61,920 nt of DNA from a virus. Taxonomy: Duplodnaviria > Caudoviricetes. Within the stretch, counting starts at the first letter, position 1. Each line of letters begins with the position of its first letter. The stretch is taken from the IMG/VR virus record IMGVR_UViG_3300044833_000104, positions 1 to 61,920 of that record. The stretch is one strand, 5' to 3'. The position numbers were made by a program, and so were the translations under genes. The notes under the pieces were generated by a model. The model searched no databases, was not told the DNA's origin, and saw only the letters and a program-made list of their open reading frames with translations. This document shows positions 34,832 to 44,782 of this stretch, one piece after another.

Positions 34832-37800
34832 TTACCGTTGCGGCGTGCGCTTGATGCGCTCCGCGTTGACTTGAACCGCATTACTGACGGCAGATCCATG
34901 CACGGCAATGAGCGCTGCGCGGGTGCGCTGCTCAGTCAACACTGGATCAGTGCCGCGGGCATCGATCGTGTAATAGGCGGTGTTTCCCGGCGAGCCCTGA
35001 CCGCGCCGTGCCGCCGTGTTGCCCGCAATCTGGCCTGACGCCGCAGCCATGGTCGATGTAGTCCCTCCCATCGTGTAAGCGCTGCTTGGCGCAGTTACGG
35101 TGCCACCATCGGCATAGCCTACCCAGCCGCCGGCGGCAAAACCGGGAGCCTTACCGACCTTGCCGCCCTTATTGATGTGGTTCAGAAGCCCCTTGAACTT
35201 AGCCGCGGGAGCGGCCCGAACGACGAACTCTCCATTCGATAGCTTCGCCGGAATACTGTCGCTCGTTCCAGTGCCAGGGCCGGAGATGGGGCCGCCGCCG
35301 GCAGCGGCAACGGCGGCCATATCAGCACCACCACCACCACTGTCGCCGAAGAGACTACTCAAGTCGAAGCCGCCACTACTCCCGCTACCTCCGCCACTTC
35401 CACCCGTACTGCCACCGCCACCGAGAGCTTGAAGAAAACTGCCGCCGCCGCCACTACTTCCGCCAGCACTCTTCACCCAGAACGGGTTACCCTGCGAGCC
35501 ATCTGGTTTGGAGGAGGTCTGCTTGCCGCCAAAGATGCCGCTAATCATCGAAAGTAAGCCGTTGCCAATACCGGTAACGCCGCCGCCACCGCCAGAGCCT
35601 CCTCCAATGCCAGCGCCGCCGTCGCCACTACTATCGCCACCACCATCGTTCTGGTCCGGTCCAATGCCCGTTATGGCATCGCCGACGCTTGACCCAATTC
35701 CGGTTATTGGAGTGCCGCCGCCACCGCCGCCCCCGCCATCGTTTTGATCAGGCCCGATGCCGGTTATGGCATCGATGCTGGGTAGACCCGGGATGCCGTG
35801 GCTGCCCCCGAGGCCGAGAGCGTCACCGCCAGGGGAGGTCACGCCGGTGCCCATGACGCCGGTGCCGATACCGAGAGCGCCTCCCTTGACACCACCGATA
35901 CCACTAGCCGCCCCCAGCGCCACGCTAAGGGGGTTGCTCTGTGAACCGCCGCCCGTTCCCCCCATCCCGCCGCCCGCTGCCATCTGTACCCAAAGCGGAT
36001 TGTTTTGCGATCCGTCCGGCTTGCCCTTCATGGCGTTGCTGAGATTGCCGAGAGGTCCGGAGAGGGACGGGAACGCCTTGCCAAGCGCGCTAAGGCCCGT
36101 TTGCATACCCTTCTGAATGGTCTGGTTGACCATCTGCCGCCCGATGTCCTGAAACATCTGCGCGAAACTCGTTTTGCCACCGGTGACAAGTTGCGTCAGG
36201 TTGTCCGAAAGTTTGGTGAACGCTGAATGCAACGCGTCGTAGATTACCTGACCGGCAGTTATGGCCGACTTCTGCATGTCGAGAAAGAATGCATTCACGC
36301 CATCGGCAGCGGTGCCTTCGGCGAGCAACGACTTGACCGTTTCGTCGATCAGGTGGTTGAAGTTCTCCTGTTCCTTCATCGCGATTTGGAGGCTTTGCCC
36401 GTAGCTGATGACGCCACCTTGGACCTGTTTCAACGCCGCTACTGTGTCAGCCAACTTCTCCTGTTCGAGCGCATATTGCTCTGCGGGAGACTTGAGTGCG
36501 CGGGCGTTTTGCAGGTCAGACGCACGCTTCTCCTCCTCGTTCAGGGCGACCATTGCCGCGCGTTGGGCAAGTAGCTGATCTTTCAACCCGCCGGACGCCG
36601 CTCCTGCAATCTGCACGTCGAGCGCATACAGCTTGGCCGCGAGTGCTGCATCATCTTGCGCCGCAAGCGAGCCGAGGATGGCATCGTTTACGATCTTGCG
36701 AGCTGCGAGTTCCTGTTGCAGGTTGATGATGTTGCCCTGGATGGACTGACTCTCTTTGGCTACCGACTCCGCATAGATTTCCTGTGAGCGTGTGAGGATT
36801 TGCGCAAGGCTTCCGCCCTTCGCCCTCAGTTCATTCCACGCCTGGGTGACTGCAGTCTGGCGGAGGACCGCATCCGACCCCTTATCCATCGCCTGGACCA
36901 TGAGGCCAGATTGGGCGATGCTCAAGGCCGATGCGCGGGACGTCGTTCCCAGCAGATTGAGGAGCGTCGTCTTTGCTTCGTTGTCCGATATCTGGGCGTT
37001 CTTCTCCCGGATGAGCGATTGCGTTGCCTGGTCGACCAGCGATGCATAGTCCTTTGTCTTCGCGCCCGTCTGCTTGGCAATCTCCTCGCCGAGCTTCATG
37101 ATTTCGTTGCTGGCTTTGTTGGCTGCAGCTACCTTGCGCTGCGCCTCCTCCTCAAGGCCGGCCGCGGCAAGCGTCTGCTTCGATTCGTCCAACTTCTCCT
37201 GCAGATTCGCGAGCAGCTTTCCGACCGGGCTTTCTTTCTGCTTGCCAAGGCCCGAGGTATCAGGAGGCGGCAGGCCGGGAGGTGGTTTCACCGTGCTCAA
37301 CGGGGAAGCGGGCTTCGTATCTTTCGCGACGCGCTGCTTCTTCGCCTCGTTCAGTGCACCGATGACAAACTTAGGCGTCAAGGCTTTATTCAGCCGATCG
37401 TTCGCACCTTTCAGCCGCTCGATTGCCTTGTTGACGAAGTTTCCGACGTAGCCATCGAGCCTATCGTTTGCCCCCTTGAGGTCCACCGCCTGCACGAGGG
37501 GATTCTGCGTAATCCACCTGACTACGCCGGACCACAGCGCCTTAATCTCATCCATCTGCCCCTTGAAGAACTTCACCGTTCCATCTACCGCCCAACCCAT
37601 CGCGATCCATGCTGCGTTCCATATATCGCGAAGCTGGTAGACGGAACCGCCGAGGCTGAAGGTGGCATCGCGGAACTTATAGATGGCGACACCGAGGCCG
37701 ACGAGTGCCCCAATTGCCAGGGTGATCGGTCCACCTATCGCGGCGAGGGCTCCGCCGAAGACATAGGTTGCAGCGGCACCGATGCCCTCTTCGGCAGCCA

Positions 37801-38878
37801 GCAGCCCGACGAATGAGGCAGTGTATTTGAGCCATGCGCCGAACTCAGCCAGAACCGGAATCACCTTGCTCAAACCCAGGCCGCTGATGACCAGCTTCGA
37901 TATTCCCGCTCCGACCTTCTCGATTCCACCTCCAGCCAGATCGCCGATGACTGGAATGGCAATTGCGGCGATCTTTAGCCCCGCCAACGTCTCTAATGCC
38001 TTCGTGAGGCCGTGGGCATGCTGTGTCGCGAAGTCGAGCGCATCGCCCAGCAGGTGAATCGCGCCAGTTACTTTCTGACCGAACTGCGCAGCGAGGTCGG
38101 GCAGATTCATATTCGTCGCGACGCTTTGCAGTTTGCCGATGAAGTCGGAGAGCGCCGGGAGCACTGCGCTGAGCAGAGAAAAGCCCATGCCCTTCAAAAC
38201 CATGTGCAGTTCTTCGATTCGCTCTTTTGCCTCGGCCGATACCTGTGCGGTGGAAGTGCCGATCACCAATCCGAAGCGATGAGCCTCCTCATTGACAGCA
38301 GCCTGCTCCTTGCCGAGCTTGTTGAGCATGGGAATCAGCGCTGCGCCGCCTTTTCCGAACAGCGCCATCACCAAGGCTGTTTTCCCAGCCCCGTCGCCCA
38401 TCTTGGCGACCTTGATCGCAACCTGCTCCATCATGACGCCGGAATCTTGCAGATGCCCCTTGGAATCAGCGACGGTTACGCCAAGCTTGCCGAAAATCTT
38501 CTCTAGCTGCGAATTGCCGTTCTGCGCCTTTAATGCGGAGACGCTGAGCCTCTCCAGCCCCTTGGTAACCGTCTCAGTTGCAACTCCTGTCAGCTTCGCC
38601 GCATAGCTCAGCACCGACATTGTCTCCGCCGTGGTGCCGGCAGCCGTCGCCATCTTGCCCATAGCGTCGGCAGTTTCGAGAGCGCCGTTGATCGCAGCGA
38701 TCGTGCCCGTAGCAATAGCGCCAGCCATCGCGATGCCAGCGACGGCAATCCTATCCAGCGATCGCTTGATGTCGTTGGCGGTTTTGGCCGACAGCGAGCT
38801 CATCTTGTCCATCGATTGCGAGAAAGAGGCAGTGTTCGCCTTCAGATCGATGGTCAAGACGCCCACGACTACTGACAT
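34832..38878 (-). CDS. Tape measure protein
   Basis: 1348 aa, Ala/Gly-rich helical; VGVLTIDLKANTASF N-terminus; GPGTGTSDSIPAKLSNGEFVV. Confidence 0.93.
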   Translation of the reverse strand: MSVVVGVLTIDLKANTASFSQSMDKMSSLSAKTANDIKRSLDRIAVAGIAMAGAIATGTIAAINGALETADAMGKMATAAGTTAETMSVLSYAAKLTGVATETVTKGLERLSVSALKAQNGNSQLEKIFGKLGVTVADSKGHLQDSGVMMEQVAIKVAKMGDGAGKTALVMALFGKGGAALIPMLNKLGKEQAAVNEEAHRFGLVIGTSTAQVSAEAKERIEELHMVLKGMGFSLLSAVLPALSDFIGKLQSVATNMNLPDLAAQFGQKVTGAIHLLGDALDFATQHAHGLTKALETLAGLKIAAIAIPVIGDLAGGGIEKVGAGISKLVISGLGLSKVIPVLAEFGAWLKYTASFVGLLAAEEGIGAAATYVFGGALAAIGGPITLAIGALVGLGVAIYKFRDATFSLGGSVYQLRDIWNAAWIAMGWAVDGTVKFFKGQMDEIKALWSGVVRWITQNPLVQAVDLKGANDRLDGYVGNFVNKAIERLKGANDRLNKALTPKFVIGALNEAKKQRVAKDTKPASPLSTVKPPPGLPPPDTSGLGKQKESPVGKLLANLQEKLDESKQTLAAAGLEEEAQRKVAAANKASNEIMKLGEEIAKQTGAKTKDYASLVDQATQSLIREKNAQISDNEAKTTLLNLLGTTSRASALSIAQSGLMVQAMDKGSDAVLRQTAVTQAWNELRAKGGSLAQILTRSQEIYAESVAKESQSIQGNIINLQQELAARKIVNDAILGSLAAQDDAALAAKLYALDVQIAGAASGGLKDQLLAQRAAMVALNEEEKRASDLQNARALKSPAEQYALEQEKLADTVAALKQVQGGVISYGQSLQIAMKEQENFNHLIDETVKSLLAEGTAADGVNAFFLDMQKSAITAGQVIYDALHSAFTKLSDNLTQLVTGGKTSFAQMFQDIGRQMVNQTIQKGMQTGLSALGKAFPSLSGPLGNLSNAMKGKPDGSQNNPLWVQMAAGGGMGGTGGGSQSNPLSVALGAASGIGGVKGGALGIGTGVMGTGVTSPGGDALGLGGSHGIPGLPSIDAITGIGPDQNDGGGGGGGGTPITGIGSSVGDAITGIGPDQNDGGGDSSGDGGAGIGGGSGGGGGVTGIGNGLLSMISGIFGGKQTSSKPDGSQGNPFWVKSAGGSSGGGGSFLQALGGGGSTGGSGGGSGSSGGFDLSSLFGDSGGGGADMAAVAAAGGGPISGPGTGTSDSIPAKLSNGEFVVRAAPAAKFKGLLNHINKGGKVGKAPGFAAGGWVGYADGGTVTAPSSAYTMGGTTSTMAAASGQIAGNTAARRGQGSPGNTAYYTIDARGTDPVLTEQRTRAALIAVHGSAVSNAVQVNAERIKRTPQR

Positions 38879-39219
38879 GCGATATCTCCAGTCTTTGGAA
38901 AGCTTGCGAACGCGGCCATAATGTCCTCGCCGGTGAGCGGCTTGACAGGTTGCGGGGGGAAGGGATGGAGCATGAAAATCTCAGGGTTGAAAGGTTTATC
39001 CGGGCGGCAAAAAGAGAAGTTTGCCGAGGTCGCGGAGATGATGCCGACCAACAACTCCTCGCGCTGGAGCTGCTCAAGTTGACGTTTGCGCAAGGCGTGC
39101 AGCATGCGTGGCGTCATCTCCAGCCATTCGTCATCGCTCAGCCGCAACTCCTGCCGTGCGATGGACCATGCTTCCAACCAGGTGAGCGGCGGCCTTACTC
39201 GACCGCCGTCGTAGGGCCC
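38869..39219 (-). CDS. Tail assembly chaperone, -1 frameshift extension (gpT-like)
   Basis: Open -1 frame from the heptamer at 39219 to 38869; LSDDEWLEMTPRML. Confidence 0.75.
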   Translation of the reverse strand, partial: GPYDGGRVRPPLTWLEAWSIARQELRLSDDEWLEMTPRMLHALRKRQLEQLQREELLVGIISATSANFSFCRPDKPFNPEIFMLHPFPPQPVKPLTGEDIMAAFASFPKTGDIACQ

Positions 39220-39545
39220 TCGCCCTCCTCCGGTTCAGGCATCGACGCAGCCCACGCCTTGAGTAGGCCTTCCTGAACCATGACGAGGTTTTGCGGCCCG
39301 ATGAGATTGCCGACCTCCTCGAGCGTGTACTTCGCGCCCGCCCGTTGGAGGCAGAGATAGAGCAAGGCGCGGACCAGCTTCGCTGACGGGCGCAGTAGGT
39401 TCGCCTCGCCAGTCAGCACGTTCAAGCCGGTCAACTCCTCACAGTCGATGAGTACATTGTGCGAAACGACGAGAGGCCAGTCTTTCCCGTCGAGGCGGAT
39501 TTGCACTTTTTGAATCAGTTTGTCTGCAATCTTGCGCGGCGGCAT
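39195..39545 (-). CDS. Tail assembly chaperone (gpG-like)
   Basis: Between the tail tube and tape measure genes. Confidence 0.78.
   Translation of the reverse strand: MPPRKIADKLIQKVQIRLDGKDWPLVVSHNVLIDCEELTGLNVLTGEANLLRPSAKLVRALLYLCLQRAGAKYTLEEVGNLIGPQNLVMVQEGLLKAWAASMPEPEEGEGPTTAVE
39213..39219 (-). other. Programmed -1 frameshift heptamer G GGC CCT
   Basis: XXXYYYZ in the correct phase near the 3' end of gpG, joining the downstream frame. Confidence 0.7.
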
Positions 39546-39601
39546 GAATACCTTCTTTTTTTTGGGATTTGTTTATATCGGGCCGGGGGAGGGCTGCTTG
39601 G

Positions 39602-40045
39602 TTACACGACGGTTTCGGTGATGGATCCGGCGATCTCAATCGTCAGCGTGAAGGAGTTCAGCACGCTTGGCTCAAGTGGCCCGTTGTCATACTTCGAGAT
39701 GAAGCCGAAGCCCACGCAGGTATAGACCTGCGTTCCGCTGTTGATGGGTGCCGTGATCTTGAATGGGAACACCGTCCGTGCTGTGGCCAGGGCGAGGATG
39801 TTCAGTTGAGTCGTATCGCCGATGAAATTTCCGCTCACGTCGATCGTTCCCGGCAGGATCAGTCCCGGTAGTTTCTCTTCGGTCGCGTTCGGGCTCTGCA
39901 GGTGGGTGGCGTTGATGACCGGAATGGTGGCGAGGTTCGGCTTGATGGTCTTTACCTCGGCCATCGCTGTATAGGTAGTCGGGCTGGACGCGTCGCCCGT
40001 GAAGAATGTCGCGAGGTATCCAATAGTTGCTTTGGTTTTTGGCAT
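39602..40045 (-). CDS. Major tail tube protein
   Basis: AAGGAG RBS; INATHLQSPNATEEKLPGL. Confidence 0.85.
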   Translation of the reverse strand: MPKTKATIGYLATFFTGDASSPTTYTAMAEVKTIKPNLATIPVINATHLQSPNATEEKLPGLILPGTIDVSGNFIGDTTQLNILALATARTVFPFKITAPINSGTQVYTCVGFGFISKYDNGPLEPSVLNSFTLTIEIAGSITETVV

Positions 40046-40131
40046 GGGAATGCTCCTTTGGGGCGATTTGGTGGTGCAAAATGAAAAACCCGCCAATTCG
40101 GCAGGCTAAGACGTTCGAAGGTGGGTGCACC

Positions 40132-40530
40132 TCAGCTCGAATCGAAACAGACCAGGTACTCGAGGATGCGGATGTAGTTGCGCGCATTGTCGTCGAAAAA
40201 GTCGATTGAGTTCGTTTTGAAAATTCCATGGACGACTGTCGAATCAGCATCCGTGAGAGTGCCGTGATAGCCGCTCAGCACGTCGTTGATGGCCTTCGCG
40301 AGGCTGATGGCCTGCGCTCCGCTTGCTCCAATGCATTTGAGTTGAATGCGTGTCGAACTCTGGGAAACCGGCCCCTGAAGCTCATAGTCAGTGGGGTCCG
40401 ACACCACCTCATATATCCAACTCGGCAACGAGAAGTCCTTGGGAAGCTGGGCCAGGAACCCGCCCGTCGGAGAGATTCCCACAACCGTCGCATCGCCCTG
40501 CACCAGCAGTACGAGCCCCTGTTCGATCAT
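40132..40530 (-). CDS. Tail terminator / completion protein (DUF3168-like)
   Basis: Synteny; LPSWIYEVVSD. Confidence 0.78.
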   Translation of the reverse strand: MIEQGLVLLVQGDATVVGISPTGGFLAQLPKDFSLPSWIYEVVSDPTDYELQGPVSQSSTRIQLKCIGASGAQAISLAKAINDVLSGYHGTLTDADSTVVHGIFKTNSIDFFDDNARNYIRILEYLVCFDSS

Positions 40531-40961
40531 GATTTCAGCGAGTCCACGCCCGCTCGCATTTCTTCGGTAAATGCATCCAGAGCCGCCTTGTTCGCCTCAT
40601 CGAAGCCCGGTCGCATGAATGGTTGCGTTGGTCCGTGCAGGCCGAACTCGACGAGAAACCCCCACACGCCAGGGGATTGTTTGCCGTCTTCGCTTTTGTA
40701 CTCAGGCCCAATGGTGGCGACACCCGACTCTTCCTTTGGCGAGAGCTTCACTTTCTTGATCATGGAATCACGCAGCTCGCCGGGGTGCCGCTGGGGCGTT
40801 CCTTTCTTCATCACCGGGGCCTTCGCCTTCGCAGCGGCGAGAAGCACGTCGGCACCGGCATTCAGCCCCTTGCGCATCGCCTGCTTGGCGAGCTTCGGCC
40901 CAGCCTGCGCCAGCGCGTCCTCCACACCCTTCAACCCTTCCACATTTACGGTGATATTCAT
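40527..40961 (-). CDS. HK97 gp10-family neck protein
   Basis: AKAKAPV..GELRDS, LVEFG..QPFMRPGFD. Confidence 0.88.
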   Translation of the reverse strand: MNITVNVEGLKGVEDALAQAGPKLAKQAMRKGLNAGADVLLAAAKAKAPVMKKGTPQRHPGELRDSMIKKVKLSPKEESGVATIGPEYKSEDGKQSPGVWGFLVEFGLHGPTQPFMRPGFDEANKAALDAFTEEMRAGVDSLKS

Positions 40962-41296
40962 TGATTTTGGCTAAGCGCAAGGCAGTTCAATACAAGAATC
41001 ACGCTGCGCTCCCCCGGGTTCTCGACTGCCTGGATGACATAGATGCCGTTGAGCGTTTGCACCCGCATGTTCGCCATGATGCCCGTCTGCCAGCGAATCT
41101 TGACGGTCAAATACAGTTGCGTCGTGTCCTGCCCAGCCTTGAGCACATCGATGCCGCGCACCGGATCGATCTGCGCCCATGTCGTTACGAACGGAGTCCA
41201 TGCGGCGGCAGTACCTGAGATATCACTTACCGTTGTCTCCTGCAGGATGCTTATCCGGTGCACCATCTTGCCGGGGTCGAGCATCGGCCACGACAC
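40958..41296 (-). CDS. Head closure protein
   Basis: PGKMVHRISI, WAQIDP, IRWQTGI. Confidence 0.85.
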   Translation of the reverse strand: MSWPMLDPGKMVHRISILQETTVSDISGTAAAWTPFVTTWAQIDPVRGIDVLKAGQDTTQLYLTVKIRWQTGIMANMRVQTLNGIYVIQAVENPGERSVILVLNCLALSQNQ

Positions 41297-42003
41297 TATC
41301 TTGCCCTCTGCTGAGCGCCATAGGTGAGGCAGGAGGTTACGGTGTAGGGATACTCCTGCGCCGGTCCTGCGCCCTTCTCAAACGGAAGCAGATTGTTGTA
41401 CCAAGCCGAGATGAGAAGCAACATCCCGGTCTTGATGCGTGCGCCCGGCCCGATCCAGAATGGATCCGTGTTCGAATAGCCGCTCGTAAAGCGCATCAGA
41501 ATCGACGACGAAGGCCATGGCGTGAAGGTCGGCCAGGTGCCATTGTAGGGAGGAGCGACGATGGCTGGCTGCTTCGCGACATCAACGATGTAATCCGTGT
41601 CTTCGACCATGGTCGTATAGTCACCGTTAGAGTCGCGATATTTCAGGAGGTCGACGGAGATTGTGGGCGTGCGCATCTCCAGCCGATAGGACGGCCAGTA
41701 ATCCATGCTCAAGTCCCACTGCTTGCGGACGAGGTCGCGATTCTGCAAAATCTCCGCCTGCTCCCGCGCACCCGAGATATACATGCTGATGCGCGCGTCT
41801 TCGAAGGAGTCCGCCGGGGACCGAAGCGGTACCTTCAAAGCGTCTTTTACGAAATCGAGGTCCAGCGGCTCGACGAAGGATTGCTGTGGCGAAGTATCGG
41901 TGAGATTGAGGCTGCTATAGGCGACTAGCGCCCCATACAAACCGAGGTTTGCGTAGGTTCCATATGCGCCACCGCCGCCAACGAAAGGACCCCAACTGCT
42001 CAT
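41296..42003 (-). CDS. Head-tail connector (gp6-like)
   Basis: VEPLDLDFVKDALKV, ISGAREQAE, IKTGMLLLISAWY. Confidence 0.85.
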   Translation of the reverse strand: MSSWGPFVGGGGAYGTYANLGLYGALVAYSSLNLTDTSPQQSFVEPLDLDFVKDALKVPLRSPADSFEDARISMYISGAREQAEILQNRDLVRKQWDLSMDYWPSYRLEMRTPTISVDLLKYRDSNGDYTTMVEDTDYIVDVAKQPAIVAPPYNGTWPTFTPWPSSSILMRFTSGYSNTDPFWIGPGARIKTGMLLLISAWYNNLLPFEKGAGPAQEYPYTVTSCLTYGAQQRAR

Positions 42004-42551
42004 AGAGCCGCCTCTCTAAGGCAATGCGTCATCCGGCTCCATTCGTCATAGGTAAAGAAGCTGCATTTTGCATAATTACAACTCTGACAGCATGCAACAA
42101 CGTTTCCGGGAATGTAGCCAAGCGCATTATCTTTTCGGTCCATTTGGTATGCCATGCTCGACCCCTTGGTCATATAGCGCGCCCAAACGAGCGGCACCCA
42201 GCAATAGTGGCACCGTCCTTCGCCAATGATTGCGGCGAAGTCATCATAGGAAAGCGTGAACAGATGCGTTCTTTGCTTTGGGTTTGTAGTGGATGTCGCG
42301 GAGTTTCTGGTTGCGTTGAACAGCGACTCGTATGGACGAAGATTCCCATCGCGACATCTGCTGCATTGAGTCGACTTGCCGCCCTTTAGATTGCTTCCAG
42401 ATACGAGCGCCTTGGTGCCGCAAACACATGAACAGCTATAAGACAGGGTGTGCTGCATTCCAATCCTTCCCACTAGGGAAAGGACGGTCCAACTACCAAA
42501 TTTCGTTCCCGCTGCGATCTCTCGCCGGTTGTGGGCGATGGCTACACTCAT
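42000..42551 (-). CDS. HNH-type homing endonuclease
   Basis: CSCVCG, CHYC, DRKDNALGYIPGNVVACCQSCNYAK. Confidence 0.85.
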   Translation of the reverse strand: MSVAIAHNRREIAAGTKFGSWTVLSLVGRIGMQHTLSYSCSCVCGTKALVSGSNLKGGKSTQCSRCRDGNLRPYESLFNATRNSATSTTNPKQRTHLFTLSYDDFAAIIGEGRCHYCWVPLVWARYMTKGSSMAYQMDRKDNALGYIPGNVVACCQSCNYAKCSFFTYDEWSRMTHCLREAAL

Positions 42552-43264
42552 AGTGGCTGCACCTCGAGCGGACCCGCCCATTTGAATACCGAGTTAGCAG
42601 GAAACACGTCGCCGATGACCATGTGCTGGTAGCGATCCTCTAAGGTGTTGCAAGGATCGACAAGGTTGTACCAGTGATATTTGCGCACCCGGTCCTCTTT
42701 ATGCAGATAGCCGTAATGAAGGAGCCGCACGGGCAAGGGCTTGATCTGGTCGAGCAACTGAGCAGGTGCCGACGAGCAATGGAAGTTGCCGCCGTTCGCC
42801 GTGCGCATGAACGTCAAATTGCGGGCGGTAAGTTGGAAGATCGAAGGGCGTCGGAACTCTTTGTACCAGCGGTCCACCCGAATCTGGTCCTCTTTATCCC
42901 ACAGGTAGACGATATGCATCGAGCCGCACACGATGCCCTCAGCTATTGCCTTCCGGAGCGCTGGGAGGTCGCGCGAGTCAAGCTCCTCGTCACCGTCCAG
43001 GCACAGAACATGGTCGCCGACCTTCGCGCCGGCGGCCCATACTTGCTGCAGCAACCAATCTTTGTCCTGGCCCTCATGGATAAATCCGCGCATGCTAAAG
43101 GGCGTACATAGAACAGTTGCACCATGCGCTGCCGCGACTTCGCGCGTGTCGTCCGTGGAATTGTCATCCATGATGAGGATCTGGCAGCACACAGGCTTGA
43201 GCGAGTCGATCACTCGACCAATCCAGCGGCCCTCATTCTTCACGCGAAGCATTCCATAGGTCAT
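42548..43264 (-). CDS. Glycosyltransferase family 2
   Basis: RVKNEGRWI, MDDNSTDDT, LCLDGDE, LLHYGY. Confidence 0.88.
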   Translation of the reverse strand: MTYGMLRVKNEGRWIGRVIDSLKPVCCQILIMDDNSTDDTREVAAAHGATVLCTPFSMRGFIHEGQDKDWLLQQVWAAGAKVGDHVLCLDGDEELDSRDLPALRKAIAEGIVCGSMHIVYLWDKEDQIRVDRWYKEFRRPSIFQLTARNLTFMRTANGGNFHCSSAPAQLLDQIKPLPVRLLHYGYLHKEDRVRKYHWYNLVDPCNTLEDRYQHMVIGDVFPANSVFKWAGPLEVQPL

Positions 43265-43533
43265 ATACATGACTCCCTTTTACGGGCCATGGCTGTATCA
43301 AAGAAGAACCGGACCTCTTTTAGTTCTGAGTCGATAGTGTCTGGTTTTTTACCCATCTTCTCCAACTCAATGCGGAGTCCGCCATAGTCAATATTTAGGC
43401 CGGCATTTTTGACCTGAATCGCAGCGAGGGAAAGAGGAAAGCCATACGTCTCCCTAAAGAAAACCATCGTCCTCGCATCGGCATACCCGAAAGCGCTAGC
43501 TACTGCCATTCGGCCTTCATTGGTGCCGACCAT
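43261..43533 (-). CDS. Small protein resembling an alanyl-tRNA synthetase helical segment (start uncertain)
   Basis: FFRETYGFPLSL..VKNAGLNIDYGGL versus the AlaRS pattern LYDTYGFPxDL...GxxVDxxGF. Confidence 0.55.
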   Translation of the reverse strand: MVGTNEGRMAVASAFGYADARTMVFFRETYGFPLSLAAIQVKNAGLNIDYGGLRIELEKMGKKPDTIDSELKEVRFFFDTAMARKRESCI

Positions 43534-43559
43534 GGACTCTCCTCCCGAAATTCTCATTT

Positions 43560-44114
43560 TTAGTTGTGCACCCAGAGATACCCCGGCGCTTTGGTATGGG
43601 TGGCGCCGGTTTTGATGAGAGCTTCAATGAGCAGCGCGTCGGCAGCACGATCCATTCCCGCGGGGCCGTCGAATCCGTTGAACTTATCGCGCCGAAGAAG
43701 AAACCCGCCTTTGTCGATGCAGCCGGCGACTGGGGCAACATCCATCGGTGCATAGCTCACGCCGTGCCCGTCGTAGATGCAGTCGCAATAGATCAGGTCC
43801 GCCTCACTTGCGGCCAACATCGTCTGCAAAAAGCGGGGAACATAGTATCCGTCGTCACTCGGGAAGCATAGGTGCTCGCCTTGCGCCAGGATCGCGCCAT
43901 AGTTGGCCGAGTAATAGCAGTCCGCCAAGCGGGTCGCATGATATTGGAATCGCGTATCCCCGAGCTGCTCCACAACCTGTCGATTCGCCTCGATTGGGGA
44001 GTTGTCCATCACCAACACTTCGAAGTGCGCCTCGCTTTGAATTTGCAGTGACCGCAGCAGGCAGGCGAGATGCAAAGGCCGGTCAAAGGCGGAGACCACA
44101 AAGGAGCACCTCAT
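43560..44114 (-). CDS. Glycosyltransferase family 2
   Basis: SFVVSAFDRP, FEVLVMDNS, FPSDDGYY. Confidence 0.85.
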   Translation of the reverse strand: MRCSFVVSAFDRPLHLACLLRSLQIQSEAHFEVLVMDNSPIEANRQVVEQLGDTRFQYHATRLADCYYSANYGAILAQGEHLCFPSDDGYYVPRFLQTMLAASEADLIYCDCIYDGHGVSYAPMDVAPVAGCIDKGGFLLRRDKFNGFDGPAGMDRAADALLIEALIKTGATHTKAPGYLWVHN

Positions 44115-44782
44115 AGTGATGTATGCTCCGCCCCGTACTTTTGCTTGAAGATGGCCGCGTTCTGTCTCAAATCTGCTGGTTGCCTCGGATCTCCCCGGAA
44201 CGTCGACCGCAGCGAGCCATGATCGACGTAGCACCCGTCAAAAATGCCAATCTTCAGCCCGGCGCGCCGCACGCGCAGGCAGTAGGAATCGTCTTCGAAG
44301 CCGTATCCCGTGAACTCCTCGTCGAGCAACCCGACAGTGTTGATTGTGCTTCGCGGAATGAAAACGCAGACGAAGCAGACCATCCGCGTATCTTCGCGCA
44401 GGCCGATCCCTTGCGGTAACTGGTTTGCGTTGCCGACGATGTTCGTCACAGCCCCGATGATGCCGTACTTGGGGTGCTCCTCCGACGCTCTCTGCATGGC
44501 GGCGAGACCGCCGGATGTCCGCAGAAGAGCGTCATCGTTGAGCAGGACCACGTCGTTGTTCCCGGCGCAACCAATGCCGATATTGCAGTTGCGCGCATAG
44601 ACAAAAGGCGTCTCACCCACCACGCGAGAATAGGAGGGGTGTGGCGGAATCCACTCGTTTCCATTGCTCCGGTCCCACACCACAATCGTGTCGACGCTCT
44701 CCTCATGACGAGCGACCGCCTCAGCGCATGGCGTCAGATTCGAGAGTGTGCGGCTGGGGATGATGACGGACAGATTGTTCAT
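44111..44782 (-). CDS. Glycosyltransferase family 2
   Basis: SVIIPS, VVLLNDDA, GLLDEEFTGYGFEDDSYCLR. Confidence 0.9.
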   Translation of the reverse strand: MNNLSVIIPSRTLSNLTPCAEAVARHEESVDTIVVWDRSNGNEWIPPHPSYSRVVGETPFVYARNCNIGIGCAGNNDVVLLNDDALLRTSGGLAAMQRASEEHPKYGIIGAVTNIVGNANQLPQGIGLREDTRMVCFVCVFIPRSTINTVGLLDEEFTGYGFEDDSYCLRVRRAGLKIGIFDGCYVDHGSLRSTFRGDPRQPADLRQNAAIFKQKYGAEHTSL

